The notes beneath the pieces were generated by a model. That model worked only from the letters and a program-made list of their open reading frames with translations. It had not been told where the DNA came from and did not search any database. Positions 1 to 14,053 of a stretch of DNA of 64,000 nucleotides are shown here, piece after piece (position 1 is the stretch's first letter; every line of letters starts with the position of its first letter). The stretch lies in assembly GCF_055900595.2 (NCBI RefSeq), contig NZ_CM148325.1, one strand, 5' to 3'. Both the position numbers and the translations under genes were made by a program.

Positions 1-627
1 GTAACGCAGGGGCTTTCCGAAGCGGGTTATGTCATTGATGCCGTTTCTGATGGCAGAGATGGGCTTTATCTTGCGCTGAAGGATGATTATGCATTGATCA
101 TTCTGGATATTATGCTTCCGGGTATGGATGGCTGGCAGATCTTACAAACGTTAAGAACAGCAAAGCAAACCCCTGTTATTTGCCTTACTGCAAGGGATTC
201 TGTCGATGACAGAGTCAGAGGGCTGGACAGTGGAGCAAATGATTATTTGGTAAAACCTTTTTCATTTTCTGAGTTGCTGGCAAGGGTTCGGGCACAATTA
301 AGGCAACATCACGCTTTGAATTCAACATTAGAAATCAGTGGCTTAAGAATGGACTCTGTAAGTCAAAGTGTGAGCAGGGACAATATCAGCATTACACTGA
401 CGCGCAAGGAGTTTCAGTTACTTTGGCTACTGGCCTCCAGAGCTGGCGAAATTATACCCAGAACGGTTATTGCGAGTGAAATTTGGGGAATCAACTTTGA
501 TAGTGATACCAATACGGTGGATGTCGCCATTCGCAGGCTCCGCGCAAAAGTTGATGATCCTTTTCCTGAAAAGCTAATCGCCACAATCCGGGGGATGGGC
601 TATTCATTCGTAGCGGTAAAAAAATAA
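1..627 (+). CDS. hprR: OmpR-family response regulator HprR (YedW), 5'-truncated by window edge
   Basis: Frame 1 is open from nt 1; translation has receiver and winged-helix domains matching YedW; stop overlaps the next ATG (TAATG). Confidence 0.85.
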   Translation, partial: VTQGLSEAGYVIDAVSDGRDGLYLALKDDYALIILDIMLPGMDGWQILQTLRTAKQTPVICLTARDSVDDRVRGLDSGANDYLVKPFSFSELLARVRAQLRQHHALNSTLEISGLRMDSVSQSVSRDNISITLTRKEFQLLWLLASRAGEIIPRTVIASEIWGINFDSDTNTVDVAIRRLRAKVDDPFPEKLIATIRGMGYSFVAVKK

Positions 628-1985
628 TGAAAAGATTATCTATAACCGTCCGTTTAACCTTGCTTTTTATATTGCTGCTGTCTGTTGCTGGCGCTGGAAT
701 TGTCTGGACTCTCTATAATGGCCTGGCAAGTGAGTTGAAATGGCGCGATGATACAACACTCATTAACCGGACAGCACAGATCAAGCAGTTGTTAATTGAT
801 GGGGTAAATCCAGATACGTTACCTGTATACTTTAACCGGATGATGGATGTTAGTCAGGATATCTTGATCATTCATGGTGATGGCATCAATAAAATTGTTA
901 ACCGGACAAATGTCAGTGATGACATGTTAAATAACATACCTGCTAGTGAGACAATCAGCGCAGCTGGCATTTACAGAAGCATTATTAATGACACTGAGAT
1001 TGATGCTTTACGAATTAATATTGATGAAGTTTCGCCATCATTGACGGTTACTGTGGCTAAATTGGCTTCAGCCAGACATAACATGCTTGAACAGTATAAA
1101 ATTAATAGCATTATAATTTGCATTGTCGCCATTGTACTTTGCTCAGTATTAAGTCCGCTGTTAATCAGAACGGGATTACGAGAGATCAAAAAGTTGAGTG
1201 GTGTAACGGAAGCGCTGAATTATAACGATAGCCGGGAGCCTGTTGAGGTTAGCGCATTACCGAGAGAACTAAAACCTCTTGGGCAGGCGTTGAATAAAAT
1301 GCATCAAGCCTTAGTCAAAGATTTTGAACGCCTAAGTCAATTTGCTGACGATCTCGCTCATGAACTTAGAACGCCAATTAATGCATTACTGGGTCAGAAT
1401 CAGGTTACGCTCAGTCAAACCAGAAGTATCGCTGAATATCAAAAAACAATTGCCGGTAACATTGAAGAGCTGGAAAATATTTCGCGGTTAACAGAGAACA
1501 TACTGTTTCTTGCCAGGGCAGATAAAAACAATGTTTTGGTGAAACTGGACTCGCTTTCTCTCAATAAGGAAGTCGAAAATTTGTTGGACTATCTTGAATA
1601 TCTTTCAGACGAGAAAGAGATTTGCTTTAAGGTCGAGTGCAATCAGCAAATCTTTGCGGATAAAATTTTACTGCAACGAATGTTATCGAATCTTATTGTT
1701 AACGCCATTAGATATTCGCCAGAAAAATCGCGTATTCATATAACCAGTTTTCTTGATACCAACAGCTATCTTAATATTGATATCGCCAGCCCTGGAACGA
1801 AAATTAATGAGCCTGAAAAACTCTTCCGTAGATTTTGGCGGGGAGATAATTCGCGTCATTCCGTAGGTCAGGGACTTGGTCTTTCTTTAGTCAAAGCGAT
1901 TGCCGAATTACATGGGGGAAGTGCTACGTATCACTATCTCAATAAGCATAATGTGTTCCGGATTACGTTGCCGCAAAGAAATTAA
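627..1985 (+). CDS. hprS: Sensor histidine kinase HprS (YedV)
   Basis: 452-aa ORF with N-terminal TM segments, HAMP and HisKA/HATPase motifs (HELRTP, GLGLS); translationally coupled to hprR. Confidence 0.88.
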   Translation: MKRLSITVRLTLLFILLLSVAGAGIVWTLYNGLASELKWRDDTTLINRTAQIKQLLIDGVNPDTLPVYFNRMMDVSQDILIIHGDGINKIVNRTNVSDDMLNNIPASETISAAGIYRSIINDTEIDALRINIDEVSPSLTVTVAKLASARHNMLEQYKINSIIICIVAIVLCSVLSPLLIRTGLREIKKLSGVTEALNYNDSREPVEVSALPRELKPLGQALNKMHQALVKDFERLSQFADDLAHELRTPINALLGQNQVTLSQTRSIAEYQKTIAGNIEELENISRLTENILFLARADKNNVLVKLDSLSLNKEVENLLDYLEYLSDEKEICFKVECNQQIFADKILLQRMLSNLIVNAIRYSPEKSRIHITSFLDTNSYLNIDIASPGTKINEPEKLFRRFWRGDNSRHSVGQGLGLSLVKAIAELHGGSATYHYLNKHNVFRITLPQRN

Positions 1986-2092
1986 CATAGGGCTTCAGTA
2001 CGCCATAAATTAACCGTGAAAAAACGCAGCCACGTCGTGAATACTAACGCGGCTGCGATTGATTATGCGCTTACATTAAAACGTAACAGGGA

Positions 2093-2944
2093 TTAACCCG
2101 CGTAAGCTGCCAGCATTTCCTGCGCCGCCAGTTTACCCAACGCATTCGCTGAGAAAGGACTGTCGCCGGTGAGAAGTTTACGGTCCTTATGTACTCGCCC
2201 GGTGATGTCGTCATTAATGATGTTCATGCCCATTTTCTTCAGTTCTTCGCCGAAGTACCAGTTGAGATGACCCGGCATATAGCCTATCTCTGGCGTTTGT
2301 TTGTCAGCGGCGTCTGGGAATGCACAAATGGAATAACCATTCAGTGGGTTATCGCCGTGGCGAAGCGCCAGAAAAGCCGCCGGGCCGTGGCAAAGGGAGA
2401 TAACAAAACGGTCATTTTTGATTGCCCACTGTAAAGCAGCAGCCACGTCCTGGCTTTCTGGTAAACCAATAAGTGCGCCATGACCACCAGGAACAAAGAT
2501 TGCTGCATATTCGCTATCAGCGTTGAGGCTGGCGACAACATCCGCGAGTTTCTTCGGATTGCGGAACAACGATTTATGCTGCTCAAAGAATGGCATTACT
2601 TTTTCATCTTTGTGCGGCATAGCCCAGTATTCAAACTTGGTCATCAGACCGGAAATGGTCGCCACTTCGAATTCGAAACCTGCAGCATGGAGATGATACA
2701 ACGGCAGCAACGTTTCAATCGGATGGTTACCAGTCGAGAACAGTTTTCCGTTATCGGTCGGCAAATAACGTTCGTCCGCGGCGATCACCAGAATTTTATG
2801 CTTACCGCGATACGGTTTTGGATAGTCCACGCCATCAAGATCAGAGACGGGACTGGTATATTGGCTAAGCGAATATTCTGAAGGGAAGAATGCATTATCT
2901 TCAGCAATATCGACCTGCGGATTTTTACTTGTTTGAACAGTCAT
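2093..2944 (-). CDS. hchA: Hsp31 glyoxalase III / chaperone
   Basis: 283-aa ORF, DJ-1/PfpI family, translation matches HchA; ATG at 2944. Confidence 0.93.
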   Translation of the reverse strand: MTVQTSKNPQVDIAEDNAFFPSEYSLSQYTSPVSDLDGVDYPKPYRGKHKILVIAADERYLPTDNGKLFSTGNHPIETLLPLYHLHAAGFEFEVATISGLMTKFEYWAMPHKDEKVMPFFEQHKSLFRNPKKLADVVASLNADSEYAAIFVPGGHGALIGLPESQDVAAALQWAIKNDRFVISLCHGPAAFLALRHGDNPLNGYSICAFPDAADKQTPEIGYMPGHLNWYFGEELKKMGMNIINDDITGRVHKDRKLLTGDSPFSANALGKLAAQEMLAAYAG

Positions 2945-3307
2945 AGTGTATTCCTTATTGTTGCTTAGTTAGGGTAGTCACTATATTTGCGACTGAGCTG
3001 GTCGCTATTTTTAACCAGGCTGGAAAATTGAGTCAATATATCGAAAGCGGTAGTCGGCGGGTGTAAGTATGTAATGATGATGCTGCACTGGTGTTGAATA
3101 TTATTCACGCCAAATTTTCCTTATTGAGCAACGTCGTCGCAAGTGGCCTCAATGATTTTAGACCATTATCAGAGGTACGGGGCGGCGGGGAGAGATTTAG
3201 TGCTGTGGAATATTGTGGTGCTGATGAATATTTATATCCTGGATTGGTAGAGAAAAAGCTTATTTCATGCACTATTTTTGCAAATATTTCTATATGGGAA
3301 GCGTGTT

Positions 3308-3316
3308 TGTTACGGG
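3308..3316. repeat. Left copy of the 9-bp IS1 target-site duplication (TGTTACGGG)
   Basis: The identical 9-mer directly flanks both IS1 ends. Confidence 0.85.
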
Positions 3317-3371
3317 GGTGATGCTGCCAACTTACTGATTTAGTGTATGATGGTGTTTTTGAGGTGCTCCA

Positions 3372-3647
3372 GTGGCTTCTGTTTCTATCAGCTGTCCCTC
3401 CTGTTCAGCTACTGACGGGGTGGTGCGTAACGGCAAAAGCACCGCCGGACATCAGCGCTATCTCTGCTCTCACTGCCGTAAAACATGGCAACTGCAGTTC
3501 ACTTACACCGCTTCTCAACCCGGTACGCACCAGAAAATCATTGATATGGCCATGAATGGCGTTGGATGCCGGGCAACTGCCCGCATTATGGGCGTTGGCC
3601 TCAACACGATTTTACGTCACTTAAAAAACTCAGGCCGCAGTCGGTAA
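3372..3647 (+). CDS. insA: IS1 protein InsA
   Basis: 91-aa [24 protein letters not shown]..., Zn-finger/HTH InsA. Confidence 0.95.
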
Positions 3648-4069
3648 CCTCGCGCATACAGCCGGGCAGTGACGTCATCGTCTGCGCGGAAATGGACGAA
3701 CAGTGGGGCTATGTCGGGGCTAAATCGCGCCAGCGCTGGCTGTTTTACGCGTATGACAGGCTCCGGAAGACGGTTGTTGCGCACGTATTCGGTGAACGCA
3801 CTATGGCGACGCTGGGGCGTCTTATGAGCCTGCTGTCACCCTTTGACGTGGTGATATGGATGACGGATGGCTGGCCGCTGTATGAATCCCGCCTGAAGGG
3901 AAAGCTGCACGTAATCAGCAAGCGATATACGCAGCGAATTGAGCGGCATAACCTGAATCTGAGGCAGCACCTGGCACGGCTGGGACGGAAGTCGCTGTCG
4001 TTCTCAAAATCGGTGGAGCTGCATGACAAAGTCATCGGGCATTATCTGAACATAAAACACTATCAATAA
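3566..4069 (+). CDS. insB: IS1 InsB (transposase made as an InsAB' fusion by -1 frameshift)
   Basis: 167-aa ORF overlapping the insA 3' end in the -1 frame, the standard IS1 arrangement. Confidence 0.9.
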
Positions 4070-4084
4070 GTTGGAGTCATTACC

Positions 4085-4093
4085 TGTTACGGG
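4085..4093. repeat. Right copy of the 9-bp IS1 target-site duplication (TGTTACGGG)
   Basis: Identical to 3308..3316. Confidence 0.85.
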
Positions 4094-4313
4094 TTAATTC
4101 ATCAGAATGTGCATTTGGGGTGTTGGCTGGAAGAGTCGCTGGTAGATGTTATTGTGCCAGCAGGGGCAGGGTAAGGTACTGTATCGATATGCTTTGGCAA
4201 TTGCATGTGCCGCAGATGGAGATGAAATGCCAATAAAAAAGCCTGAGTTCGATGAGGGACGAACTCAGGCTAGTGTTAAGTTTTACAGTAACACGCCGCA
4301 GCGCGTTGGCTGA

Positions 4314-5429
4314 TTAGAACTGGTAGACGATACCAACTGCAAACTGGTCATCAGCTGCTGCGCCAGTAATGGCGGCGTCATCTTTATCCAGCATGTTGAA
4401 TTTGTATGCAGTATAAACGTTCATGTTCTTATTAAAGTAGTACCAGGTACCAACTTCAATGTAGTTCACACGGTCAGCGTCAACATATCTATGTCCAGGT
4501 ACCCCTTTGATATCTTTACCTTTAGAGTACACATAACCTAAGGACGGACGCAGACCAAAGTCGAATTGATACTGAACAACCGCTTCAAAGTTCTGGGTTT
4601 CATTGATAAGTTGATCACGCATTATTGTATTGCCTTCTCGATCGGCAACACCTGTATCAATAGAACCCGGAGTCATATTACGAGTTTCGCCGTACATTAC
4701 AGCTGCGTAGACATTGTTCGCGTCATACTTTGCAGCCAACGACCACAGTTCAGCATTTGAACCGTTTCCATCGGCAACTTGATCGTTGGTGCGATCAGAT
4801 TTGCTATATGCACCAACGATACCAAAACCATTGATGTTATAGTCTACAGACAACGCATAGCCGTCACCATTTTGTTTCTTAGTGCTACGGTTGCTGTTTT
4901 TGCCTTGGTACTGAATCGCAAAATCAAGACCATCAACCAGGCCAAAGAAATCATAGTTACGGTAGGTTGCAACACCGTTGGTACGACCATTCATGAAGTT
5001 GTCAGCGGAAGCCCAGGAATCGCCACCCCATTCAACTAACATATCGGTATAAGCTGCGGCATCATAAGCAACACCGTAGTTACGGCCATAGTCAAATGAT
5101 CCTAACTCGTTATATTTCAAACCGGCGAAGGTTAAACGGGTTTTTTCCTGGTTTTCACCTTCGGGCTTGCTGGCGTCGAGGTTGTATTCAAACTGACCAA
5201 AACCAGTCAGTTCGCTGGTGATTTGGGTTTCACCTTTAACACCGAAACGAGCATAGGAGGTATCTTCGTTTTCGCTGTTATTATCATCAGTATTTGACCA
5301 GATGCGTTCGCCAACCATCTTGCCGTAGAAATCAACTTTATTGCCATCTTTATTATAAATTTCAGCCGCATTTGCTGCGCCAGCAACTAATAACGCCGGG
5401 ACCAGCATTGCCAGAACTTTTCTTTTCAT
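4314..5429 (-). CDS. yedS: Outer-membrane general porin, OmpC/NmpC family, apparently intact
   Basis: Track ORF 4314..5459; start trimmed to [21 protein letters not shown] signal peptide; C-terminal ...GIVYQF beta-barrel signature. Confidence 0.8.
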   Translation of the reverse strand: MKRKVLAMLVPALLVAGAANAAEIYNKDGNKVDFYGKMVGERIWSNTDDNNSENEDTSYARFGVKGETQITSELTGFGQFEYNLDASKPEGENQEKTRLTFAGLKYNELGSFDYGRNYGVAYDAAAYTDMLVEWGGDSWASADNFMNGRTNGVATYRNYDFFGLVDGLDFAIQYQGKNSNRSTKKQNGDGYALSVDYNINGFGIVGAYSKSDRTNDQVADGNGSNAELWSLAAKYDANNVYAAVMYGETRNMTPGSIDTGVADREGNTIMRDQLINETQNFEAVVQYQFDFGLRPSLGYVYSKGKDIKGVPGHRYVDADRVNYIEVGTWYYFNKNMNVYTAYKFNMLDKDDAAITGAAADDQFAVGIVYQF

Positions 5430-5976
5430 TATGTATTCCCTTGTGATTATAATCTTCATGAATATATCAATAAGTGCCGTTATCCAAAAAAAAGCACATT
5501 TGGATACTATTCTATGAAGTTCATTTTATTTTAAGGATTACATGTAACAAATGTATTTAAAAGATTTCAAAATGTTTCTAATCTATTTAATATAATTCGG
5601 GATTATGAATTCTGAATATAAACATTCATGAATATTATAAATGCATATCAATAAGTTATGAGTTGAGCAGAAAGATAGGGGGTATCAATGATTGTTGCGC
5701 TAAACACCTGGTGTGATCACGCGCACATTAATGAAGGAATAAAAAAAGCCGGCATCATGCCGGCCCCAAAAATATAAACAAGACGATAAAAGGCTAATAA
5801 CGTAAGCATCATGACACAGAATAATAAAAAGGTATAATTGTAATCAGTGCTAATATATTGATTAAATGAATTAATAAAGCCGATATCAAAGATAAATAAA
5901 ATCGCTCAAAACGATTTTTCCTGTATTCACTGCCGTTGCGCAAAAATTATCTATTTGTTCAAAAAATGAGTGAGTC

Positions 5977-6360
5977 TTGACTGGCTCATCCAATGTGGAA
6001 AAATGTGACTTTTATCACATAATAGTACTAAGTCTGAATTTTCCGGGTTATCTCAAAATGGAATACGGTTCGACAAAGATGGAAGAGAGACTCTCTCGCA
6101 GCCCTGGCGGCAAACTGGCTTTGTGGGCTTTCTATACATGGTGTGGCTATTTCGTCTGGGCAATGGCGCGTTACATCTGGGTGATGAGCCGGATCCCCGA
6201 TGCCCCCGTGTCGGGATTTGAAAGCGATTTAGGCTCTACCGCGGGAAAGTGGTTAGGGGCACTGGTCGGATTTTTATTTATGGCTCTGGTCGGGGCATTG
6301 TTAGGCAGCATTGCCTGGTACACCCGACCTCGTCCCGCACGTAGCAGACGCTATGAATAA
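5977..6360 (+). CDS. yedR: Small inner-membrane protein YedR
   Basis: ORF with two predicted TM helices; start uncertain (TTG at 5977, GTG at 5995 or ATG at 6058). Confidence 0.55.
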   Translation: MTGSSNVEKCDFYHIIVLSLNFPGYLKMEYGSTKMEERLSRSPGGKLALWAFYTWCGYFVWAMARYIWVMSRIPDAPVSGFESDLGSTAGKWLGALVGFLFMALVGALLGSIAWYTRPRPARSRRYE

Positions 6361-6399
6361 AAACTGCTAAGGTGGCGACTCTTTGGCAACGGAGCGCGT

Positions 6400-7095
6400 A
6401 TGGACTTACAACACTGGCAGGCACAGTTCGAAAACTGGTTGAAAAACCATCATCAGCACCAGGACGCGGCCCATGACGTGTGTCATTTTCGCCGCGTCTG
6501 GGCTACGGCACAGAAGCTGGCGGCAGATGACGATGTCGATATGCTGGTGATTTTAACCGCCTGTTATTTTCACGATATTGTGAGCCTGGCGAAAAATCAT
6601 CCGCAAAGGCAGCGTTCTTCAATCCTGGCGGCAGAAGAGACGCGTCGCCTGCTCCGTGAAGAGTTCGAGCAATTTCCGGCGGAGAAAATCGAGGCCGTTT
6701 GTCATGCCATTGCCGCTCACAGTTTCAGCGCGCAAATCGCCCCCTTAACAACGGAAGCTAAAATTGTCCAGGATGCGGATCGGCTGGAAGCCCTGGGGGC
6801 GATTGGCCTGGCGCGCGTGTTTGCCGTTTCAGGGGCATTGGGCGTGGCGCTGTTTGATGGTGAAGATCCGTTCGCACAGCATCGCCCGCTTGATGATAAA
6901 CGCTACGCGCTGGATCATTTCCAGACTAAGTTGCTGAAGCTACCGCAAACCATGCAAACCGCAAGAGGCAAGCAGCTGGCGCAGCACAACGCGCATTTTT
7001 TAGTCGAGTTTATGGCGAAGCTCAGTGCCGAACTGGCGGGGGAGAATGAAGGTGTCGATCACAAGGTGATAGATGCGTTTTCATCCGCTGGCTGA
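6400..7095 (+). CDS. yedJ: HD-domain phosphohydrolase YedJ
   Basis: 231-aa ORF with an HD motif (CYFHDIV). Confidence 0.8.
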
Positions 7096-7161
7096 GCGCG
7101 TGGCCCTAAATGGCTGTAATTATGTTAACCTGTCGGCCATCTCAGATGGCCGGTGAAATCT

Positions 7162-8580
7162 ATGCAGGAAAATATATCAGTAACCGATTCATACAGCACC
7201 GGGAATGCCGCACAGGCAATGCTGGAGAAACTGCTGCAAATTTATGATGTTAAAACGTTGGTGGCGCAGCTTAATGGTGTAGGTGAGAATCACTGGAGCG
7301 CGGCAATTTTAAAACGTGCGCTGGCGAATGACTCGGCATGGCACCGTTTAAGTGAGAAAGAGTTCGCCCATCTGCAAACGTTATTACCCAAACCACCGGC
7401 ACATCATCCGCATTATGCGTTTCGCTTTATCGATCTATTCGCCGGAATTGGCGGCATCTGTCGCGGTTTTGAATCGATTGGCGGACAGTGCGTGTTTACC
7501 AGCGAATGGAACAAACATGCGGTACGCACTTATAAAGCCAACCATTATTGCGATCCGGCGACGCATCATTTTAATGAAGATATCCGCGACATCACCCTCA
7601 GCCATAAAGAAGGCGTGAGTGATGAGGCGGCGGCGGAACATATTCGTCAACACATTCCTGAACACGATGTTTTACTGGCCGGTTTCCCTTGTCAGCCATT
7701 TTCGCTGGCTGGCGTATCGAAAAAGAACTCGCTCGGGCGGGCGCACGGTTTTGCCTGCGATACCCAGGGCACGCTGTTTTTTGATGTGGTACGCATTATC
7801 GACGCGCGTCGTCCGGCGATGTTTGTGCTCGAAAACGTCAAAAACCTGAAAAGTCACGACCAGGGTAAAACGTTCCGCATCATCATGCAGACGCTGGACG
7901 AACTGGGCTATGACGTGGCTGATGCAGAAGATAATGGGCCAGACGATCCGAAAATCATCGACGGCAAACATTTTCTGCCGCAGCACCGTGAACGCATCGT
8001 GCTGGTGGGTTTTCGTCGCGATCTGAATCTGAAAGCCGATTTTACCCTGCGTGATATCAGCGAATGTTTCCCTGCGCAGCGAGTGACGCTGGCGCAGCTG
8101 TTGGACCCGATGGTCGAGGCGAAATATATCCTGACGCCGGTGCTGTGGAAGTACCTCTATCGATATGCGAAAAAACATCAGGCGCGCGGTAACGGCTTCG
8201 GTTATGGAATGGTTTATCCGAACAATCCGCAAAGCGTCACGCGTACGCTGTCTGCGCGTTATTACAAAGATGGCGCGGAAATTTTAATCGATCGCGGCTG
8301 GGATATGGCCAAAGGTGAGAAAGACTTTGACGATCCGCAGAATCAGCAACATCGTCCACGTCGGTTAACGCCTCGGGAATGCGCGCGCTTAATGGGTTTT
8401 GAAGCGCCGGGAGAAGCGAAATTCCGCATTCCGGTTTCGGACACTCAGGCCTATCGCCAGTTCGGTAACTCGGTGGTCGTGCCGGTCTTTGCCGCGGTGG
8501 CAAAACTGCTTGAGCCAAAAATCAAACAGGCGGTGGCGTTGCGTCAGCAAGAGGCACAACATGGCCGACGTTCACGATAA
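7162..8580 (+). CDS. dcm: DNA-cytosine C5 methyltransferase Dcm
   Basis: Motifs FAGIGG and PCQPFS; start trimmed to MQENISVTD (residue 4 of the track ORF). Confidence 0.92.
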   Translation: MQENISVTDSYSTGNAAQAMLEKLLQIYDVKTLVAQLNGVGENHWSAAILKRALANDSAWHRLSEKEFAHLQTLLPKPPAHHPHYAFRFIDLFAGIGGICRGFESIGGQCVFTSEWNKHAVRTYKANHYCDPATHHFNEDIRDITLSHKEGVSDEAAAEHIRQHIPEHDVLLAGFPCQPFSLAGVSKKNSLGRAHGFACDTQGTLFFDVVRIIDARRPAMFVLENVKNLKSHDQGKTFRIIMQTLDELGYDVADAEDNGPDDPKIIDGKHFLPQHRERIVLVGFRRDLNLKADFTLRDISECFPAQRVTLAQLLDPMVEAKYILTPVLWKYLYRYAKKHQARGNGFGYGMVYPNNPQSVTRTLSARYYKDGAEILIDRGWDMAKGEKDFDDPQNQQHRPRRLTPRECARLMGFEAPGEAKFRIPVSDTQAYRQFGNSVVVPVFAAVAKLLEPKIKQAVALRQQEAQHGRRSR

Positions 8581-9031
8581 GGCCACTCGCAGCAAAAATA
8601 TGCGCGCGATTGCCACGCGTTATACGGCGATAGAGAAGCGCCTCGCCAGTCTGTTAACCGGGCAGGGCCTGGCGTTTCGCGTTCAGGACGCCAGTCTGCC
8701 CGGACGTCCGGATTTTGTCGTTGATGAATATTGTTGCGTGATATTTACCCACGGCTGCTTCTGGCACCATCATCACTGCTATCTGTTTAAAGTGCCTGCG
8801 ACTCGAACCGAGTTCTGGCTGGAGAAGATAGGTAAAAATGTTGAGCGCGATCGCCGCGATATCAGTCGCTTGCAGGAACTCGGCTGGCGCGTATTGATTG
8901 TCTGGGAGTGCGCGTTACGTGGGCGCGAGAAGCTGACGGATGAAGCGCTTAGCGAGCGTCTGGAAGAGTGGATCTGCGGCGAAGGTGCCAGCGCGCAGAT
9001 CGACACGCAGGGGATTCATTTACTCGCTTGA
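8561..9031 (+). CDS. vsr: Very-short-patch repair endonuclease Vsr
   Basis: Start at [16 protein letters not shown]..., inside a longer track ORF; overlaps the dcm 3' end by 20 nt. Confidence 0.9.
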   Translation: MADVHDKATRSKNMRAIATRYTAIEKRLASLLTGQGLAFRVQDASLPGRPDFVVDEYCCVIFTHGCFWHHHHCYLFKVPATRTEFWLEKIGKNVERDRRDISRLQELGWRVLIVWECALRGREKLTDEALSERLEEWICGEGASAQIDTQGIHLLA

Positions 9032-9940
9032 TGCGTCCTGAATAACTGGCGTAACTACGGGTTTTGCCGGGAAGAGATATTTTCCCAACGTGACCAGTAC
9101 CACCGCGAAGACAATTACGCCGAGCGCCAGCCATTCAATCTTCGACAGCGTTTCTCCGCCCAGTCCCGTACCCAGCAAGACCGCGACCACCGGGTTAACG
9201 TAGGCGTAACTGGTGGCGAGAGCCGGACTGACGTTGCGGATTAAATACATATAAGCGTTAATGGCGATAATCGAACCAAACAGCGCCAGATAGCCGACCG
9301 CAAGGAAGCCTGAAAGGGAAGGGAGCGCCGTCAGTTTTTCACCTGCAATCATCGACGCGATCATTAACACCACGCCTGCCGCCAGCATCTCAATCGCACC
9401 CGCCATCATCCCTACAGGTAAGGTAATGCGCGAGCCATAAACCGAGCCAAACGCCCAGCTAATCGAGCCGATTAAAATCAGAATCGCGCCCCACGGATTG
9501 CCGCTTAAATTTCCACCGCTATTGAGCATGATGATTCCGGCAAGCCCAATGGCAATACCCACCCATTCCAGTTTGCGCGTTTTAATGCCAAACAGGCGGC
9601 TGAAGCACAGGGTAAAGAGGGGCACGGTTGCAACCACTACGGCGGCGATGCCGGAAGGAACATTTTGATGTTCGGCAACCGTCACCATGCCATTACCGAC
9701 AGCCAGCAATAACAGGCCAATCAGCGCGGCATTGAGCAGAGGACGTAGCGGGGGGAGTTTGTGTCCGCGCAGTAGTAAAAATGCCAGCAATAAAATACCG
9801 GCTGCCAGGAATCGAACGCCCGCCATCATTAACGGAGGCCAGCTTTCCACGCCAATCCGAATGACAAAATAGGTTGAGCCCCAAATGATATACAACGCAA
9901 ACAGCGCGCCAAAAAGCGGTAATAACTGGCGGAAACGCAT
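9020..9940 (-). CDS. yedA: EamA/DMT-family transporter YedA
   Basis: 306-aa ORF, ten predicted TM helices, two EamA repeats. Confidence 0.82.
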   Translation of the reverse strand: MRFRQLLPLFGALFALYIIWGSTYFVIRIGVESWPPLMMAGVRFLAAGILLLAFLLLRGHKLPPLRPLLNAALIGLLLLAVGNGMVTVAEHQNVPSGIAAVVVATVPLFTLCFSRLFGIKTRKLEWVGIAIGLAGIIMLNSGGNLSGNPWGAILILIGSISWAFGSVYGSRITLPVGMMAGAIEMLAAGVVLMIASMIAGEKLTALPSLSGFLAVGYLALFGSIIAINAYMYLIRNVSPALATSYAYVNPVVAVLLGTGLGGETLSKIEWLALGVIVFAVVLVTLGKYLFPAKPVVTPVIQDASSE

Positions 9941-10112
9941 AATCCCTCACGGTGGAAATAAAAAGGTGGTTCATAGTAAACGTGAAAATCATTCTGCTGG
10001 CGAGAGATATAATTGCACTTGATTGTTAAAAAAATGTTGCCCTGTGAAGCAAGTATCAGAGCTGCCGTTTTTGCTTCATACTTACACCCTTCAACAATAA
10101 AAATGAGAGGGA

Positions 10113-11030
10113 ATGCTTTTGGCCGGGAGTAGTTTACTGACGTTGCTCGATGATATCGCCACACTGCTGGACGATATCTCCGTGATGGGCAAACTGGCGG
10201 CGAAGAAAACCGCCGGTGTATTAGGGGATGACTTATCGCTCAATGCGCAACAAGTTTCAGGCGTGCGGGCCAACCGGGAACTTCCCGTGGTCTGGGGCGT
10301 GGCGAAAGGATCGCTGATTAATAAAGTGATTCTGGTGCCGCTGGCGCTGATCATCAGTGCGTTTATCCCGTGGGCGATTACGCCTCTGTTGATGATTGGT
10401 GGCGCGTTTCTCTGCTTTGAAGGAGTAGAGAAAGTGCTGCATATGCTGGAGGCGCGTAAACATAAAGAAGATCCGGCGCAGAGCCAGCAGCGTCTGGAGA
10501 AGCTGGCGGCGCAGGATCCGCTGAAGTTTGAAAAGGACAAAATAAAAGGGGCGATTCGTACCGATTTTATATTGTCTGCCGAAATCGTCGCCATCACGCT
10601 GGGGATTGTGGCCGAAGCGCCGTTGCTTAATCAGGTGCTGGTGCTTTCAGGCATCGCGCTGGTAGTGACCGTGGGCGTCTACGGTCTGGTAGGGGTTATC
10701 GTTAAGATTGATGACCTGGGGTATTGGCTGGCGGAAAAATCCAGCGCGCTGATGCAGGCATTAGGTAAAGGATTATTGATTATCGCGCCCTGGCTGATGA
10801 AAGCGTTATCGATTGTCGGCACGCTGGCGATGTTCCTCGTCGGCGGCGGGATTGTGGTACATGGTATTGCGCCGCTGCATCACGCCATTGAACATTTCGC
10901 CGGGCAGCAAAGTGCAGTGGTGGCGATGATATTACCGACTGTTTTAAATCTGATTCTTGGATTTATCATCGGCGGCATCGTGGTGCTGGGAGTGAAAGCC
11001 GTAGCGAAAATACGCGGTCAGGCACATTAA
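10113..11030 (+). CDS. yedI: DUF808 inner-membrane protein YedI
   Basis: 305-aa ORF with an ATG start; matches YedI. Confidence 0.8.
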   Translation: MLLAGSSLLTLLDDIATLLDDISVMGKLAAKKTAGVLGDDLSLNAQQVSGVRANRELPVVWGVAKGSLINKVILVPLALIISAFIPWAITPLLMIGGAFLCFEGVEKVLHMLEARKHKEDPAQSQQRLEKLAAQDPLKFEKDKIKGAIRTDFILSAEIVAITLGIVAEAPLLNQVLVLSGIALVVTVGVYGLVGVIVKIDDLGYWLAEKSSALMQALGKGLLIIAPWLMKALSIVGTLAMFLVGGGIVVHGIAPLHHAIEHFAGQQSAVVAMILPTVLNLILGFIIGGIVVLGVKAVAKIRGQAH

Positions 11031-11108
11031 TACTCGCACAGGCTATTATGCAAAATTCGCCATCTTCAACTAAGGTGAACAAGTTTCACTCGAAAAAAGG
11101 AGGCGAGT

Positions 11109-11291
11109 ATGAGCTTTATGGTTAGTGAGGAAGTTACGGTTAAAGAGGGCGGCCCGCGGATGATTGTCACCGGATACTCCAGCGGTATGGTTGAGTGTCG
11201 TTGGTATGACGGTTACGGGGTCAAGCGGGAAGCTTTTCATGAAACCGAGCTTGTTCCGGGGGAGGGAAGTCGTCCTGCGGAAGAAGTTTGA
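11109..11291 (+). CDS. yodC: Small protein YodC
   Basis: 60-aa ORF MSFMVSEEVTVKEGGPRMIV..., RBS-like AAGGAGG upstream. Confidence 0.65.
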   Translation: MSFMVSEEVTVKEGGPRMIVTGYSSGMVECRWYDGYGVKREAFHETELVPGEGSRPAEEV

Positions 11292-11528
11292 AAGGGTATC
11301 ATTAACACCCGACCGGATGTGGCGCTCACGTCGCATCCGGTCGGGTGTACCAGTGTCTGCACTGAATTGCCTGATGCGACGCTATCGCGTCTTATCATGC
11401 CTACGTTATAAAACTATCGATGTCTGTCGCGTCTTATCATGCCACCATTATAAAATTATCGCTGTTTTGCGGTACGCTATCGCCAGGTTATGCCAGAATC
11501 ATAAAAAAGCAGGTTGGGAGTCGTCAGG

Positions 11529-14053
<2,525 letters not shown>

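Larger units (their letters stand above)
3317..4084 (+). mobile_element. IS1 insertion sequence, complete (768 bp)
   Basis: Starts GGTGATGCTGCCAACTTACTGAT and ends with the inverted terminal repeat ...AAGTTGGAGTCATTACC; insA and insB sit at the canonical offsets. Confidence 0.95.

Noticed and set aside
7672-8232. 186-aa minus-strand ORF inside dcm
   Set aside because: Antisense to dcm; spurious.
10091-10597. 168-aa minus-strand ORF inside yedI
   Set aside because: Antisense to yedI; Ser/Cys-rich low-complexity translation.
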